DNA of 59,466 nucleotides, the filler included, from Bipalium vagum (lineage: Eukaryota), in NCBI GenBank assembly GCA_037834085.1. It is 3 parts of 3 records of this genome, joined end to end, with 100 filler letters (N's around TTAATTAATTAA, not from the genome) between each part and the next. Parts side by side here need not be neighbours in the genome. Positions count along the whole stretch, not along the records: positions 17,351 to 42,293 come from JBBMKC010198387.1; 2 more parts are not named here. One strand, 5' to 3'. Positions 27,001 through 39,815 of this stretch are shown here, piece by piece. The position numbers and the translations under genes are program-made. Within the stretch, counting starts at the first letter, position 1. Each line of letters begins with the position of its first letter. The notes beneath the pieces are model-generated. The model was not told where the DNA came from, did no database searches, and saw nothing but the letters and a program-made list of their open reading frames with translations.

Positions 27001-30000
27001 CATTTTAAACTTTACATCTCCAGATTGGTCAATCGTTGACAGAAAATGATTTTGACAGAAGAGTGACATTTTTTGAGGAATTCCTTTTTCGAATTGATAG
27101 AGATGCCATTCTTTGTACCCTTTTTTCTGTGAAGCCACAATATTAAATTTCACATCTATGATTGTGTGAACAGATGCATTAGCGTTTATTGATTATTGTA
27201 TAATCTTCATCTGAAAATACGTCAGGTGTCACTGATTGGGTCTCTGTTTATGCTGGTGGCTTGATTAGATCCAATCTCGTCTTTAAAAAATGTGATAGGC
27301 ACAAATTACTTTGATATTTTTAAAGTTCATTTTGACTTGATTTTAATCAAATACTCTCAGCTTGCTCAATGGTCTTTACGCTTTGTACATTGGTCTTTAT
27401 CAGTTTGAGAATGATTATGTCAAACTTTTCCTCGAAAGTATATTGGTAGAAGAGCAACTATTAATTGGCCACCAGGGTCACCGGACCTTACTCCAATGGA
27501 GTTTTTGCTGTGATGGCATATTAACAGATAGTTTATTCACAACCAGTTCTTTTGTTATAAAATTTGAAACAAGGAATAATTGATGCATTTACAAATACAC
27601 CAAAAGAATTTTGTGAAAAAGCTTGTTTGTCTGTTTCTGGTAAATTAAATCGTTTCAAGGTAACTAAATGAGTACATTCTGCAAATATAAATGTTGCATA
27701 TATTTGTCTTTGTTTTCATATAAAGAATTATAATTTGCATATTGACGACTCTTGTGATATTCACTAATAAAGTTGTAAACCTAATAAATTGACACAGTGT
27801 ATAATAATATAATAAAATGTAATTTAAAAATGAAGAAACTCTTCACGAAGAACTGAAGACGTTTTTTGATTTCAGACCTGCAGAATGGTATAAAAGTTGA
27901 AACCAAAAGATAGGCTTTTATCTGTGAATACAATAGATTTTTTTTTCGTTCATGAATTTCGTCTTGTAAAATAAAAACTGTCTGTTTAGAATTTCTAACA
28001 AAAAGCTTCTTCTTTTATGGACAACATAAAATAGCAGAAAATATTTATTAATATCAATAAATTTAAAACAAACAAGGATTATTTTTTTTTGTTATCATAA
28101 ATCTGAATATTCAGAATATTTCTAATTATTTAAATATATAATAATAGAGAATTTTATAAATATATAATATATTAGGTCTACAAATATGACTCCGCCGTTT
28201 TTACCCTTATTTAAAATCAAATAAATAAAAAACAACCAAAGCAAATTTATAAAAGATTTTTATTAAAAATATTTTCCTTCACCCATGACAAAGTTTACCC
28301 AAAGTTGTGACATTTTATGTATGCCATCATAGAAAAAATTATTTGATTTAGAGGCAATCCAATGATCTAGCCATTGATTTACATCCTCATAAGTCATAAA
28401 ACTCTGACAGACCATGTGCCATCGAACGGAATAAATGATAATCCGACGGAGAGTATGGCGGGTGGGGTAAGACATCCCATTTCAACTGTTTTTGAGACAT
28501 GAGGCCGAGCGTTGTCATGAAGCAATATTATCTTCCCATGTCTATCAGCCCATTCTGGTCGTTTGGCAGTGATTTCTTCGTTTAGTTGCATTAACTGCTG
28601 TTGATAGCAATTGACAGTTACGGTTTCACCAGGTTTCAGAAGTTCGTAGTACAGGATACCTTTTTGATCCAACCATATGCATAACAATACTTTTTTCCCA
28701 TGAATGTTGCACTTTGGGGTTGACTTTGTCAGCTGACCTGGATCAACCCAAGATCTTTTTCTTCTGGGATTGGAGAAATATATCCATTTTTCATCTCCAG
28801 TTATTATACGATGAAGGAAAGATTTTTTTTGTTCATTTTGATAAAAATTTAGCATGTGGTTTTTCTCTGCTCTTGGCTTTTTGGCATCCACTTTCCCACC
28901 TTTAGAATCTTTCTTAAACCGCGTAAACGATTGGATATTGTTTGTTGGGAAAAATTCAATGAAGCAGCTAACTGTACCTGAGTTTGACAGTAGTCTTCGT
29001 CTAACATTTCTTGCAAATCAGGGTCTTCAAATTTTTTTGGTGGATTTCCGTGGACATTGTCATTAAGGTTAAACATGCCCGTTTTGAATTTTTGAAACCA
29101 TTCCCTACATGTTCTTAAAGCTAAGAAATTGTTGCTATAAGGCTGTACTAGTAATTTATATTCTTCGGCAGCATTTTTCTTTAAATTAAATAAAAATAAT
29201 AAAGCTTCCCGCAAATGGTTATTTTCCGGTACAAATTTTGTCATCTAAAATAGTAAATAATTAATGATGTGCAAACTATGTAAAAAATTATTATATTTTT
29301 ATAATTAGCGCTCAATGTGAATATTATTTAAACAACAACAAATATACAAAAAAATAATTTCATTTTAATTTTAATTATAAAAAAATAAAAACGGCGGAGT
29401 CATATTTGTAGACTTTATAATATAGATATTCTTACATTATTTATTAATATTTTTTATTCTTGGAGATGGAATTTCATCAATAAATGATGAGGGTCTGTCT
29501 GTTGTATTAGTTTAACTTTTTTACTATTATAACTCGACACAGTAACGTGCGCACGTGTACCCGTAACTACTCACTTTTAAAATGTTGTGTTTGTTTCTCC
29601 AAATAAAACTTTATCTATTAAATCAAAACACCCACGATAATACTTTATCCGCTTCCTGTGAACTGAACACAATCACAGTTAAATATAACGATCACAACCA
29701 CAAGTCACTCTATAAATAACCAATAAGTTCAATAACCAAAAATGTCGCCAAAAATAATGATAAAAATGAATAAAATTACTGTTATAATGAAAAAGATGAA
29801 AGAAGTGATCATAAACAGGTAAGGTTCCAAAAAGTAAAAAAATAAAATAAAGGATCTCACCATGATCGACAAGGGTTTTCCGGGTCGCCCTCTATGCTCT
29901 TCACAGGTCTCCTAGGGGTTCCCAAGCTCGCTTACTAGAAGAAAACCTGGGTTATCTCGCAGAAAATTGTCTAAAGTTTTTGGTCAAATTGATGGGAATT

Positions 30001-33000
30001 GCCGTCTCTTTATATAATCACATGGATTGGGTTACGATCACTAATCCCTACGCTTCGAGAGCATCAATATTTCCATCAATAGCCACTAATTACTATCTCT
30101 GTCTCCACGACGAGACAAAAGTAATTATTAACTCCAACGGCGGAGTATAATTCCCCATTTTCAACCTTGACGCCGTGGCTGATCATTATCTTATTATTAC
30201 TATAATTATTATTATCTGCTCAATTAAAATTTGAAACGGTATTTCCGTTCTATATTTTCATTATTCCACTATTATTATTATGAACTTATATTATTAATTA
30301 TTATTATTATGAACTTATTTTTATTATAACCCAAAAAAATTCAAATTAAATGTCAGACATTCTTATGAACGATTATCTATGACATTAATCGAACCTAATA
30401 GTATATGTGAAAAATGGTTTAAGAAGTTTCGGAACAAAGATTTCGAAATACATGACAAGTTAATATCTGGTCGACTAGTGGAAGAGAATCTTTGTCGAAC
30501 AGCACGGGAATTGGAAAAACTCAGGGAACTTCTAAAGCAAATGTTCATCTCCATTTAATTCAAATGGGAAAAACTTCTAAATGCGGAAAATGGAATCCAC
30601 ATATACTAGATGAACAGCGACTTTTGAATCAGGCAATTAAGTGAACTAAGTGATAAACTGAAACTCACCAGACCCACTATGCTCAAACAACGAGGCGTTA
30701 TTCTTCAACAAGATAATACAAAACCGCACATATCAAAAATTACCAGGGAGAAATTAAGAGTTTGGCTGGGAACTTCTTTCTAATCCACCATAGATCAGAT
30801 ATGGCTTCAATAGATTATTATCTTTTCATTACACCAATTCTTAAATGGAAAAGAATTCAATAGCAAATGTACTGTCGAAATTGCCATCTCTGCGTACTTT
30901 GCCGGAAAGGACCAGAAGTTCTTCAAACATGGCACTGAACTTTTGCCTGAATGTTGGACAAAGATAATTGATAACGATGGGCATTATATTATCGAATAAA
31001 ATATTCTTGTGCTTTTATAAAATAAATTTTTATTCTATACATTTTTTCTGTAAAGACTTATGAAACGACCTAATATATAATATATCATTTAAAACAAATG
31101 CTTGTAATAAAATTATAAATATTGTATTATTATTTAATTTTTATATTACTACTAAACAATTATATTAAAATTAAAATTATCAAGTTGGAATTTAAATTTC
31201 CCATGGTCTTATTATACTTCTTGTAATATTATGGAATTTTCTAATTGAAAATAATAATTTGAAGGTGACCTGTATGTGACTGTTTTTCAAATAAATTACT
31301 CATCTCTTTAATATTAAAAGATCGGTTTCTTATTCTTTTATTAGAAAATACTTATGTAAAAAACATATATGTAGTAAAATTTGCCAAATACTTTTTTGAA
31401 TTATCTTATTATCCCTTGTATCAGTAGCCTTCGATTTGTTGATATAATGTTCTGAATTCCACAAGGTTTGGTGAAATTCAGTGTTGAGAGTTGAATTTTT
31501 TCTAGAAATAATTTTAGATTATCCATGGTGTCTTTTCAATAGATATCACAGAAGAATTGATTACCGGACTGTCAAGATCAATAATCTAAGAGAATAATCC
31601 ACTAGAAAATGAAAATGAAATATTTCCTCATACCTTCTCATTGACTCTAGTTTCAATGTCATTATCGATTATATATTCCATTACAAAAATGAATAAATTA
31701 ATAATATATATTCATTGTATTCATCATACAAAATTTATTTTATCTTTAGTTTTTACAATAGAAAAATTTATAATATAATATTTTTTTATCTTTATCATAA
31801 ATATTATGAGAAATAATAGTCCAAAGAAAAATAAAAAACATTTGATCAAAAATAGAAAAATAATTAATTTCCTAAAATAAATCAGAAAAAAACGAAAAAA
31901 ATATTTCAAGTCAGACTCAAGAAAACTTTTCTCCCTTGTTCTCCCATTTTGTAAAGTTGATTAAAAGGCAATGACAGATATGTAGATACTCAGGATGCAT
32001 TAGGAAATTTATTTGAGACAGAATGTAGCAGACTAAAAGAAATACGAAACGCATTCTTTTCCATTTCTATTGAAAATTCGATTGGTTTTATAGAAATAAG
32101 TTTTTTCTTCTTTTAGCACTCAGAATTTTGAATCCCTAAAAGGATGACAAAAATATTTAATCAAAAACTTGATAACTTTAGAATAAATATAAATCATTAC
32201 GAATAAATATTATATTATATTTATATTTTCAATACTTATATTGCACTTAATTAGATTTTTATGATATTTATTCTAGTTTAATTTATCTATACTATTTTTA
32301 TATTTTATTTATATTATATTTATAATTATAAATAAAAATATGTATTAATTGAACTTACAGGAAGTTTGTCCTGTTTTCCAGAACAAAACTATTTGGCAAT
32401 GTCATATTATTATTATTATAATTAATATTAACATTGAAGAAAAGCTAAGATTTTCTTTGTGGAAATATAAGGCCAAATTATTATTTTATTAATTTTCCCC
32501 ATATTTTGTTAAAATATTTATCTTTCTTTTTTGCGTCGTTATTTACTTTATCCACTGTTTTTGTTTACCATCTCCATTTATTGGCCAATAATTCAAAGAC
32601 AAAAAAGTGAAATAAAATATCTTCTTCATTTGATTAAATTAATTTTCAGAAAACTAAATCAGGCATGGATTATTCTAAATCAGATATCGAAATGCCTATT
32701 CCCACTGGAGACATTTCAAAATCCAAATCGAATCCTGGTAAGATTCTTCTTTATTATGATGATTAAATCATTTTCCTATATCAGCAACTCCATGAATAAT
32801 TTATTTCTTCCTTTCTGCTAACATTGTCAATTTATAAATTGATAATTACGTTGTACAACACCAGGAAGTCATAGAATATTAATTAATTATCATTAAAACA
32901 ATTTTAAATTACCAAATTAAAAAAGAATAAATAATGTTGGCTGAAAATGCAAAGTTAATTTGTAAATTATTAAATAACTCTTTTTGGTGTGGATAATTAT

Positions 33001-36000
33001 TAAATATTTTTCAATAGATAAATATAATAATTAAATGTTTAACATTTGAAATATTAAAGTATATTGAGGGGAAAAAAGTAACCAGCTTGCATCCAATTCA
33101 ATTGTAATCATTTCCTTTACAGCATTGCGATACTGAGCTTTTTCTCTGCTTGGTTACACCTGTAATCAGTTGCTCACTTATCAAATCGTATTAATAAATT
33201 CACTTTTCATCACCAGTAAAGTTGTTGTAAATTAAATTTGAACGACCTCTGGCAACTTTTAGGAACATATCTTGGTATCATTTAACATAAAATATTATTT
33301 CAAAAGATGTTAAACTGTTTGGAATAAAACTACTGTAAAGTTTCCGTATCTTGAGATTGTCGTTCAAAATGGTTTCAATTGGTGTCATACAAATACCAGA
33401 ACATGTTTGAATTTCACAAGAAATCATCTATTAATCTCTTTCTTTTATTTCACATATGTGATCAATATTAGTTTCTGAGACGGATGTTGACGAACAACCC
33501 TAACAAAATTAGTCATCTTCACTTGTGCGTCCACACTGGTTTTCAAATTGAAAGTTCGATTTTTAAATAATATTTAATACTGTTACCTAAATCATCAATA
33601 ATAAACAAAAATTTTGAATTCAAATTAAAATCAAAGAACGATGTTAAGTATAAACAATAATAACAAAATTTGTCGTATTAAATTTATTTCATATTTAAAT
33701 GAAAATTTCCCAAATGACTCTCATATTCAGCATTGTATATTGTCTGAGTTCAAACGATGAACAAATGTCACCGTTGTCACCAAAATTCTTCTGGGACTGC
33801 AAAGGAATAATTCACTTTGAATTATAGGAAATGAGTCAAACAATAAATTCCGATATATATTGTAAAATTCTTGAACGTTTGAGAGATGCTTATATCAACA
33901 GAAACAAAATAATTTTTCATCACGACGGGGTTAGGCCTCACATTGCAAAAGTGAAATACCAAAACCAGAAAGCCTTTCAATGAGGAATAATACCTTATCC
34001 TCCAAATAGGTCAGACATCGCGCCTTCAGATTATTATTTGTTTCAATCCTTACAACATTTCCTTCGTTGCAAAACGTTTGAAAGATTTCGAAACTGCCAT
34101 AACCTTTAATGAAAAATCAATCACTGGCCTGGCAATAGCATCGAAAATTTGATCAAACGTTGGAAAGAAATTGTAGATAAAAATTGAGAATATATTTTGA
34201 TTGACTTTCTTTTGTTATTTGTATAAATAAATTTAAATTTAAATGTTTAAAAATATTCTTTAATTTAGATTTATTCAAACGATTTATAATAATTCAATGT
34301 CGAATTTCATGTCAGTTTCTACATACATAAATCATTTAAAGTATCAGATTTCACATACTTTAAATATTCATTATATTAATTTTGTACTCAATATTGATTT
34401 TTTTTATTAATTTTAATATAAAACATCCATTTATATTTTTCTTTGATAAAATTCTAAAGATGTTTTAAAAATATTTCCTAAAATGAAATACATTGGGACG
34501 GTATCAAAAAAACCTATTAGTGCTTCCTGAAACGAGTTAAATATAATTTATTCTCCCAAATAATTAATTTTATTGATTTTCTTATGACACTAAAAGAACT
34601 ATAAATATTTTATTTATTGTTAAAAATTCATAATAGCATAAGTGTTGAGTATTTTTTACCTTTAAAACCTTTTTATTTTATGTATAAAGCAAAATAAACT
34701 TAAATAATAATAATAATGTAATTTTTTAATTTTAATAATATTTTATTGTTTATTTTTACATTTTTTCTACATATCAATTATATTTTAATGAAATTTATGT
34801 TGTGAAATAAATAAAAACTGTAAATAATATAATATTAACATATATATTTAATAATAATATTTAATAGCATAAATTTAAATTATTTGAACATGTAATACTT
34901 ATAAATGATGATAACAGGTGACCTCGATGTGGATCCAATTTATTTAATGCTTAGAAGTGCAGCTTTCAAGGCAAATGATGGTAATGATCCGGGTGTGGAA
35001 GATGGTAATTAGAAAATTTTAATATATAATTATTTAAAGTGCTTAGATAAAACTAGTCAGTTTTATGATGAAAAAAATGAAAAAGACATCCAACTCCGAG
35101 TATCTTCAAATAGTCTCCATGTCAATTACCCTGAACATAAATTATCCCAAAACGATGATAATCGAAAAAATCACGAATCAACTTCAGGTAAGGCGTTAAA
35201 GTATTAAAAATAATATAATTAATAATAATTATTAAACATATTTTTATGCAATTATTTTCTGTATTACTTTTCTTTTATTGTATTTCTACATCTTATTCTA
35301 TTATTATGTGTATGCATAAGTTTTAGTTATTTTTTGGACATTGTTTAAATAATCCAAATAATAATCTAACAAGTTCCTCAAAATTATATTTCGGTAATTT
35401 AGATATTAACTTTTAGTGAAATTTTATTATTTTGATTTAATTTTTTATATAATATCAAAAATATGGTTGAAAATGAGATTCATAAAAACATATATTCTAC
35501 ACTGCATCAGATATGAGTTTTAGCAAGGCAAGATAATATAGAGGCATCTACATGGATATGCTTTATTCTTGGGAAGATTGCAGTTTACCAGAGCCCATGT
35601 AAATTTTGATTCTGTAGATTCAACTAAGGGAATTTTGATGTCACTGATTGAGCACACTTGGGTGCTCCACGAAGTTTGGAATTTGAAAACTTGGAAGTAC
35701 TGCTGAGTTAAAATACTGCCCAGATTCAAGCGGAACTCGACAAAGAACTGGAAGTAAACCAGGCAACTATTAGAAGAAGGTTACACAAGAAGGGATAAAT
35801 TCAGAAGCCTGGAAAGTAAGTGCCATATGAACTGTAAGAAAGCAATCTTTTTTGCCGATTAACAACATATGCGTCACTTTTCGCTGGCACGGAAAAAGAC
35901 TATTGAATATTATGACTGGAGACGAAGAATGAATTACTTACGATAATGCTAAGCGCAGACATTTGTGTCAGCTACATAGGTTGCAAAAGAAGATATTGTC

Positions 36001-39000
36001 GCCAAAAGGTGCTACTTTGCATGTGGTAGGCTATGAAAGGTCTTATTCACTATCAAGTAGATGAGACTATTAATGTTGAACGTACGAAAAGAGTTGCGTA
36101 AGATTTTTTTACTACATGACAATTCCAGGCAACATGTAGCTAAGCATAGGCAAGAAACAATCTTCCAATTAAGATGGGAAGTTCTTCACTCTGCTTATTC
36201 TCCGAACCTAGCTCCTACAAATTATCATTTGTTTCGTTCAGTACAACAATTATTTTAATGGCGTTTCAATCAAATTTAAGATTCACCATAAATAAGTTTT
36301 TCTCTGGTTTCAAAAAAGTAATAACAAAAAGTCATATCATTAAATAAATTATAATATAATTGAAAGATGGCTAATTACAAGGAGTGATTAAAGGTTTCAT
36401 AAGATAAGACTAAAACTTATGCATACTCCTAATATTATGGTAAAATAACTGTGATTTTCAATAAAATATATAATTTAAACTATTTTTATAAATTATGTTT
36501 AAATCATTAGGTTAAAGAAGAGCTTTGCAAGTGCCGCCTTTTACTTTACTTTAAAATAATTAGCTTGTCAAGATCAATAGAGAATGATTGAAATGCGTAA
36601 TTTTGCATATCAGATGAAATATTGGACAATTTAAAATGAAATAAAATATAAAAGTAAAAATAAATATATAATAAAATAAAAAATTTAATTACTATTTTTT
36701 TAAGATTATGTACAATCTACAAACCTCTTAAATAATCACATAGAAATCATTTTAAAATCTATATAAATAGTTATAAATTAATTAGTAGAAATCTAAAAAT
36801 TATGTTCAATTAAATTTTCGAGAAATATATTACAAATAATATATAAAAAAAGGTACATCTTCAATAATGTGGCGTAAAATTGACATCAAGTTCCTGAACG
36901 ACGTTAAATAAATGAGATTAAGATATTTTAATAAAACTGTATTTAACATAAGAATATACATTTAAAAGTGTTTAGTGGCGACTAAGCCTACAAACAAAGG
37001 CAGAACACGTCGAACTGTTCACCACAACACATGAATTTGTAAATTTGAGATATGAACAACGTCTCATATGAGACAAAGTGTATACAAAGTTTAAAAGGTC
37101 TTCAGTCTTCTGAGTGTGGATGGTGTCATGATTAGAATCATCATTAGAATTGTTTGTGTTTGTGATTTTCTTATATGTATTTATAAAAGGATTTCATAGC
37201 CGTTTACCGTTCTGAACAAGCAAGATTATGGCGGTTCAATCCAATTGAATGTACATTTTAAAATTCACAATAAATAAATATTTTGTTTTAATGACGTAAC
37301 AAAAAAGTAATATCATTAAATAAATTATAATATAATTGAAAAAGGAATGATTACAAGAAGCGATTAAGGGTTTCATGCAAATTTATATACATGATAATTA
37401 TTACATGATAAAAATTATTTAAATTGGTTACATTTAAACAGTTTCATTTAATATTTTATTTTTTATTAATATTGAAACTTTGATAGAGGTATGAAAGAAT
37501 TGTTACACTATTCAGTGTTTTATGTTAAAAGTTATGAAAAGTTATTTTTGAGGACGGGTAGGGACTGATCACTGAAACTCTGATCGATTTGTTGAATTCC
37601 AACTGAAATAGGAATTGATCCTCAGAAGAGCGTGAACTGTTTGCTTAGAAAAAGAAAAAAAAATAAAAAGAATTCACATAAGCTTCTAAATTTAGAAAAC
37701 TTTATGTAAAGCATCAGATTATTTTATCATTTCCAAATTATCATCATTCACTAAAAAAGGATCCAGATGATCACATCATATAGAAATGACATTATGAATT
37801 TTACTTTGAAAGGAAAATACTTTCAAAATTCTATTGAGGAAATAAAATTTCATAAATGAGTGTTATTAATAATAAAAGTATAATACTTTTTCATTATTCA
37901 CTTTGGTGAACAGATTTTTAATTATCAAAATATTTCAATAATTATTGAATTGTATCACAGGTGGATATCTAGTAAAGCAAGGAAAGAAGATCGCAAGTTT
38001 AAAAATAATAAACAAACTAAAATTAGCAAATAAAAGATCAATAAAATACAATATCACCATAAAACAGTATATGAAAAGGAAATGTCATTATAATACAAAT
38101 GACAATAAAATTTTATTATTAGCGATCTTAGATTCCTGGAGAAGATAAACAAAAATAAGTTATTCTTACTGTACTAATAGTTTTGGTTTATCATGTTAAA
38201 TAATATTTCTGGGTAATCAAAAGAGGTTAATAAAATTTTATTTTTTCATAATGCCATCAAAGTTATTAATTAACTGGTTATTTGATAACTCAGAAATATT
38301 AGGGTGATTCATAAGTAATATTGTTTATTATTTAAAATAATAAAAACAAAATAAAACAAAAACAACATTATATAATGTTTCAAAATAAAGGCCATTTGAA
38401 TCAGTAGTTTTAAGCCATCTATCTGCTAGTTGTTGGATCCCTTGTTTGTATCATTCCTTGTCCTTGGACCTGAAAAACTCTTGGCCGTTTAGATTTTGTC
38501 CGAGTTATTGAATCTACGCCCTCGAAGAAAATGTACCATTGATAGAAAAAGATGGTAATCCGATGATGCAAGATCGGGACTGTAAGCTGGATGTCTTAAA
38601 AAGTTCAATAGATTTACATTCTCTGATTTTTTTAATTGTATTATTCTTGGCAGTGTGAGGTTTTGCATTATCTTGCTGTAAGACCATCCGCTTTCGATTG
38701 ATCAATGCCGGATATTTCAGCTTTAATTTTTGAAACATTCGATCCAATTGAGCACAATATAGGTCTGTGTCTAGTGATATACTATTTGGAATCAATTCGA
38801 AGTGGATCATGTCTTCGAAATTCCACCAAATGCATAATAATTTCTGTGAAAATCGGACTCTTTTTGAAACAGGTTCTGCCATTTGTCCTGGGTGCAATGA
38901 CTGATTATTTTTGTGAGGATTGATAAAATATATCCAATTTTCATCAGAAGTTACAATTTGTCGAATGAAACGATCATCCCGATCATCATGACAATTCAAT

Positions 39001-39815
39001 ACCTCACGTAGCACAGTTGATCCATCTTTGGTTAGCAGAAAATCGCGTGTATTTTAACGACTCTATTAAAAAAACCACCATACTCAACTGACAAAAACCT
39101 AGTGAAGAGTTTTTTCTTCAGAAACTGCGAGTACTACAGACGTGGAAAAAACTTCAGTAATTCAGGAGAAGTGAGCAATGATTTCCCCCAATATCTGAAA
39201 TTATCATCGGAAGCCAAACTCACACATGATTTTCAAATGTTACATGTCACCTCCAGAATGTCATTGAAGCTGAGTAGACTATGTTTAGGCTCTATTATGC
39301 TTTGCTAACACTTTTAATATAATTGTACACGCGATTTTCACAAATAAAGGTTTCAAATTGTATGATTTTATTAAATTTTAATAGGATTTTAGACTCAGAA
39401 AATTATTTTTTTTATGGCGGCCCCTTTACTTTTGAGGAAAATTTTTAAAATTGAAATGGTTATCAAAAATATTATTAAAGAAAAAATTAATTTAAAATAT
39501 ATATAACTATTTTAAAAACTATTATTTTCTATTTTTTTTAATGTTACTTTTTAATTATTCTTAATAAAATTAGAAAAGATAAACTATCAGAAAAATAATG
39601 ATATTTTTCATAATCAAATATTTTATATTTTATTCAAAATCATTTAGTCTCTAAGACCGGTAACAGAAGAAAAATGGACTCAAGAATGAAAAGTCTGTCT
39701 GTTGATAATCATGAAATAGAAATCCATCAAGAAGAAAGTGAAGATCCAGACGATAGCATATACCACCAATCTCGACAATTTAGTAGTTCTTTTACAAATA
39801 CTAATGTTCTTGAAT
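24092..39815 (+). CDS. Partial multi-exon gene, probably a STAC-like (SH3 and cysteine-rich domain) adaptor; 3' exons lost at the contig end
   Basis: Exons 24092-24226 (possible ATG at 24179), 32650-32737, 34918-35004, 35047-35187 and 39648-39815. All are AG..GT bounded, phase-compatible (0,1,1,1) and stop-free: [32 protein letters not shown].../[16 protein letters not shown].../[14 protein letters not shown]. The gene model is well supported. The STAC label rests only on my recollection of the STAC linker motif VDPVYETLR; no C1 or SH3 domain is visible. Confidence 0.7.
24326..25623 (-). mobile_element. Full-length decayed mariner element (1298 bp), intronic
   Basis: TIRs TA|TTAGGTGTAGGCATAAGTTTT and AAAACTTATGCATACACCTAA|TA. 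Transposase pieces MSDENLYV...[19 protein letters not shown] and [16 protein letters not shown]. Confidence 0.95.
26508..27799 (+). mobile_element. Full-length decayed rosa/DD41D-like element
   Basis: Imperfect TIRs TA|CAGGGTAACAATTAAGTAGATTTACAACTTTA and TAAAGTTGTAAACCTAATAAATTGACACAGTG|[15 protein letters not shown] at ~27466. Confidence 0.8.
28172..29417 (-). mobile_element. Full-length Mos1/mauritiana-subfamily mariner (1246 bp), frameshifted
   Basis: TIRs share a perfect GTCTACAAATATGACTCCGCCGTTTT core, with TA TSD. ORFs [27 protein letters not shown]...[10 protein letters not shown] and [14 protein letters not shown]...HDNARPH are collinear with Mos1 transposase. Confidence 0.96.
29583..30331 (-). 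mobile_element. Possible solo LTR
   Basis: Locally GC-richer non-coding block that starts TGTTGTG, has a minus-strand TATATAAAG at ~30008-30016 and ends ...TTATTATAACC. The TSD is ambiguous (TAAAA/CAAAA). Confidence 0.4.
30350..31073 (+). mobile_element. 5'-truncated, deleted mariner
   Basis: [25 protein letters not shown] and [18 protein letters not shown], then right TIR AGACTTATGAAACGACCTAA|TA. Confidence 0.85.
33060..33620 (-). mobile_element. Decayed mariner relic, same type as 9950-10600
   Basis: Minus-strand [44 protein letters not shown]. Confidence 0.6.
33720..34230 (+). mobile_element. Decayed mariner catalytic-domain relic
   Basis: [38 protein letters not shown] and [24 protein letters not shown]. 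Confidence 0.85.
35304..36432 (+). mobile_element. Decayed mariner, same TIR family as 24326-25623
   Basis: TIRs TA|TTATGTGTATGCATAAGTTTT and AAAACTTATGCATACTCCTAA|TA. Motifs MTGDEE and HDNSRQH...[18 protein letters not shown]. Confidence 0.9.
38299..39050 (-). mobile_element. 5'-truncated mariner
   Basis: ORF 38514-39014 ([34 protein letters not shown]) and TIR TA|TTAGGGTGATTCATAAGT. Confidence 0.9.

Noticed and set aside
31400-32630. Nested minus-strand gene, possibly with reassigned stop codons
   Set aside because: Some splice-like sites and a signal-like start exist, but every frame has several stops of mixed types. SERP1, USP9X and the STAC-like exons read cleanly in the standard code.
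36970-37020. Penelope-type hammerhead ribozyme (GCCT-loop-AGGC hairpin with CGAC/GTCG arms)
   Set aside because: The catalytic core CTGANGA...GAAA is not intact (CTAA...AGAAC).
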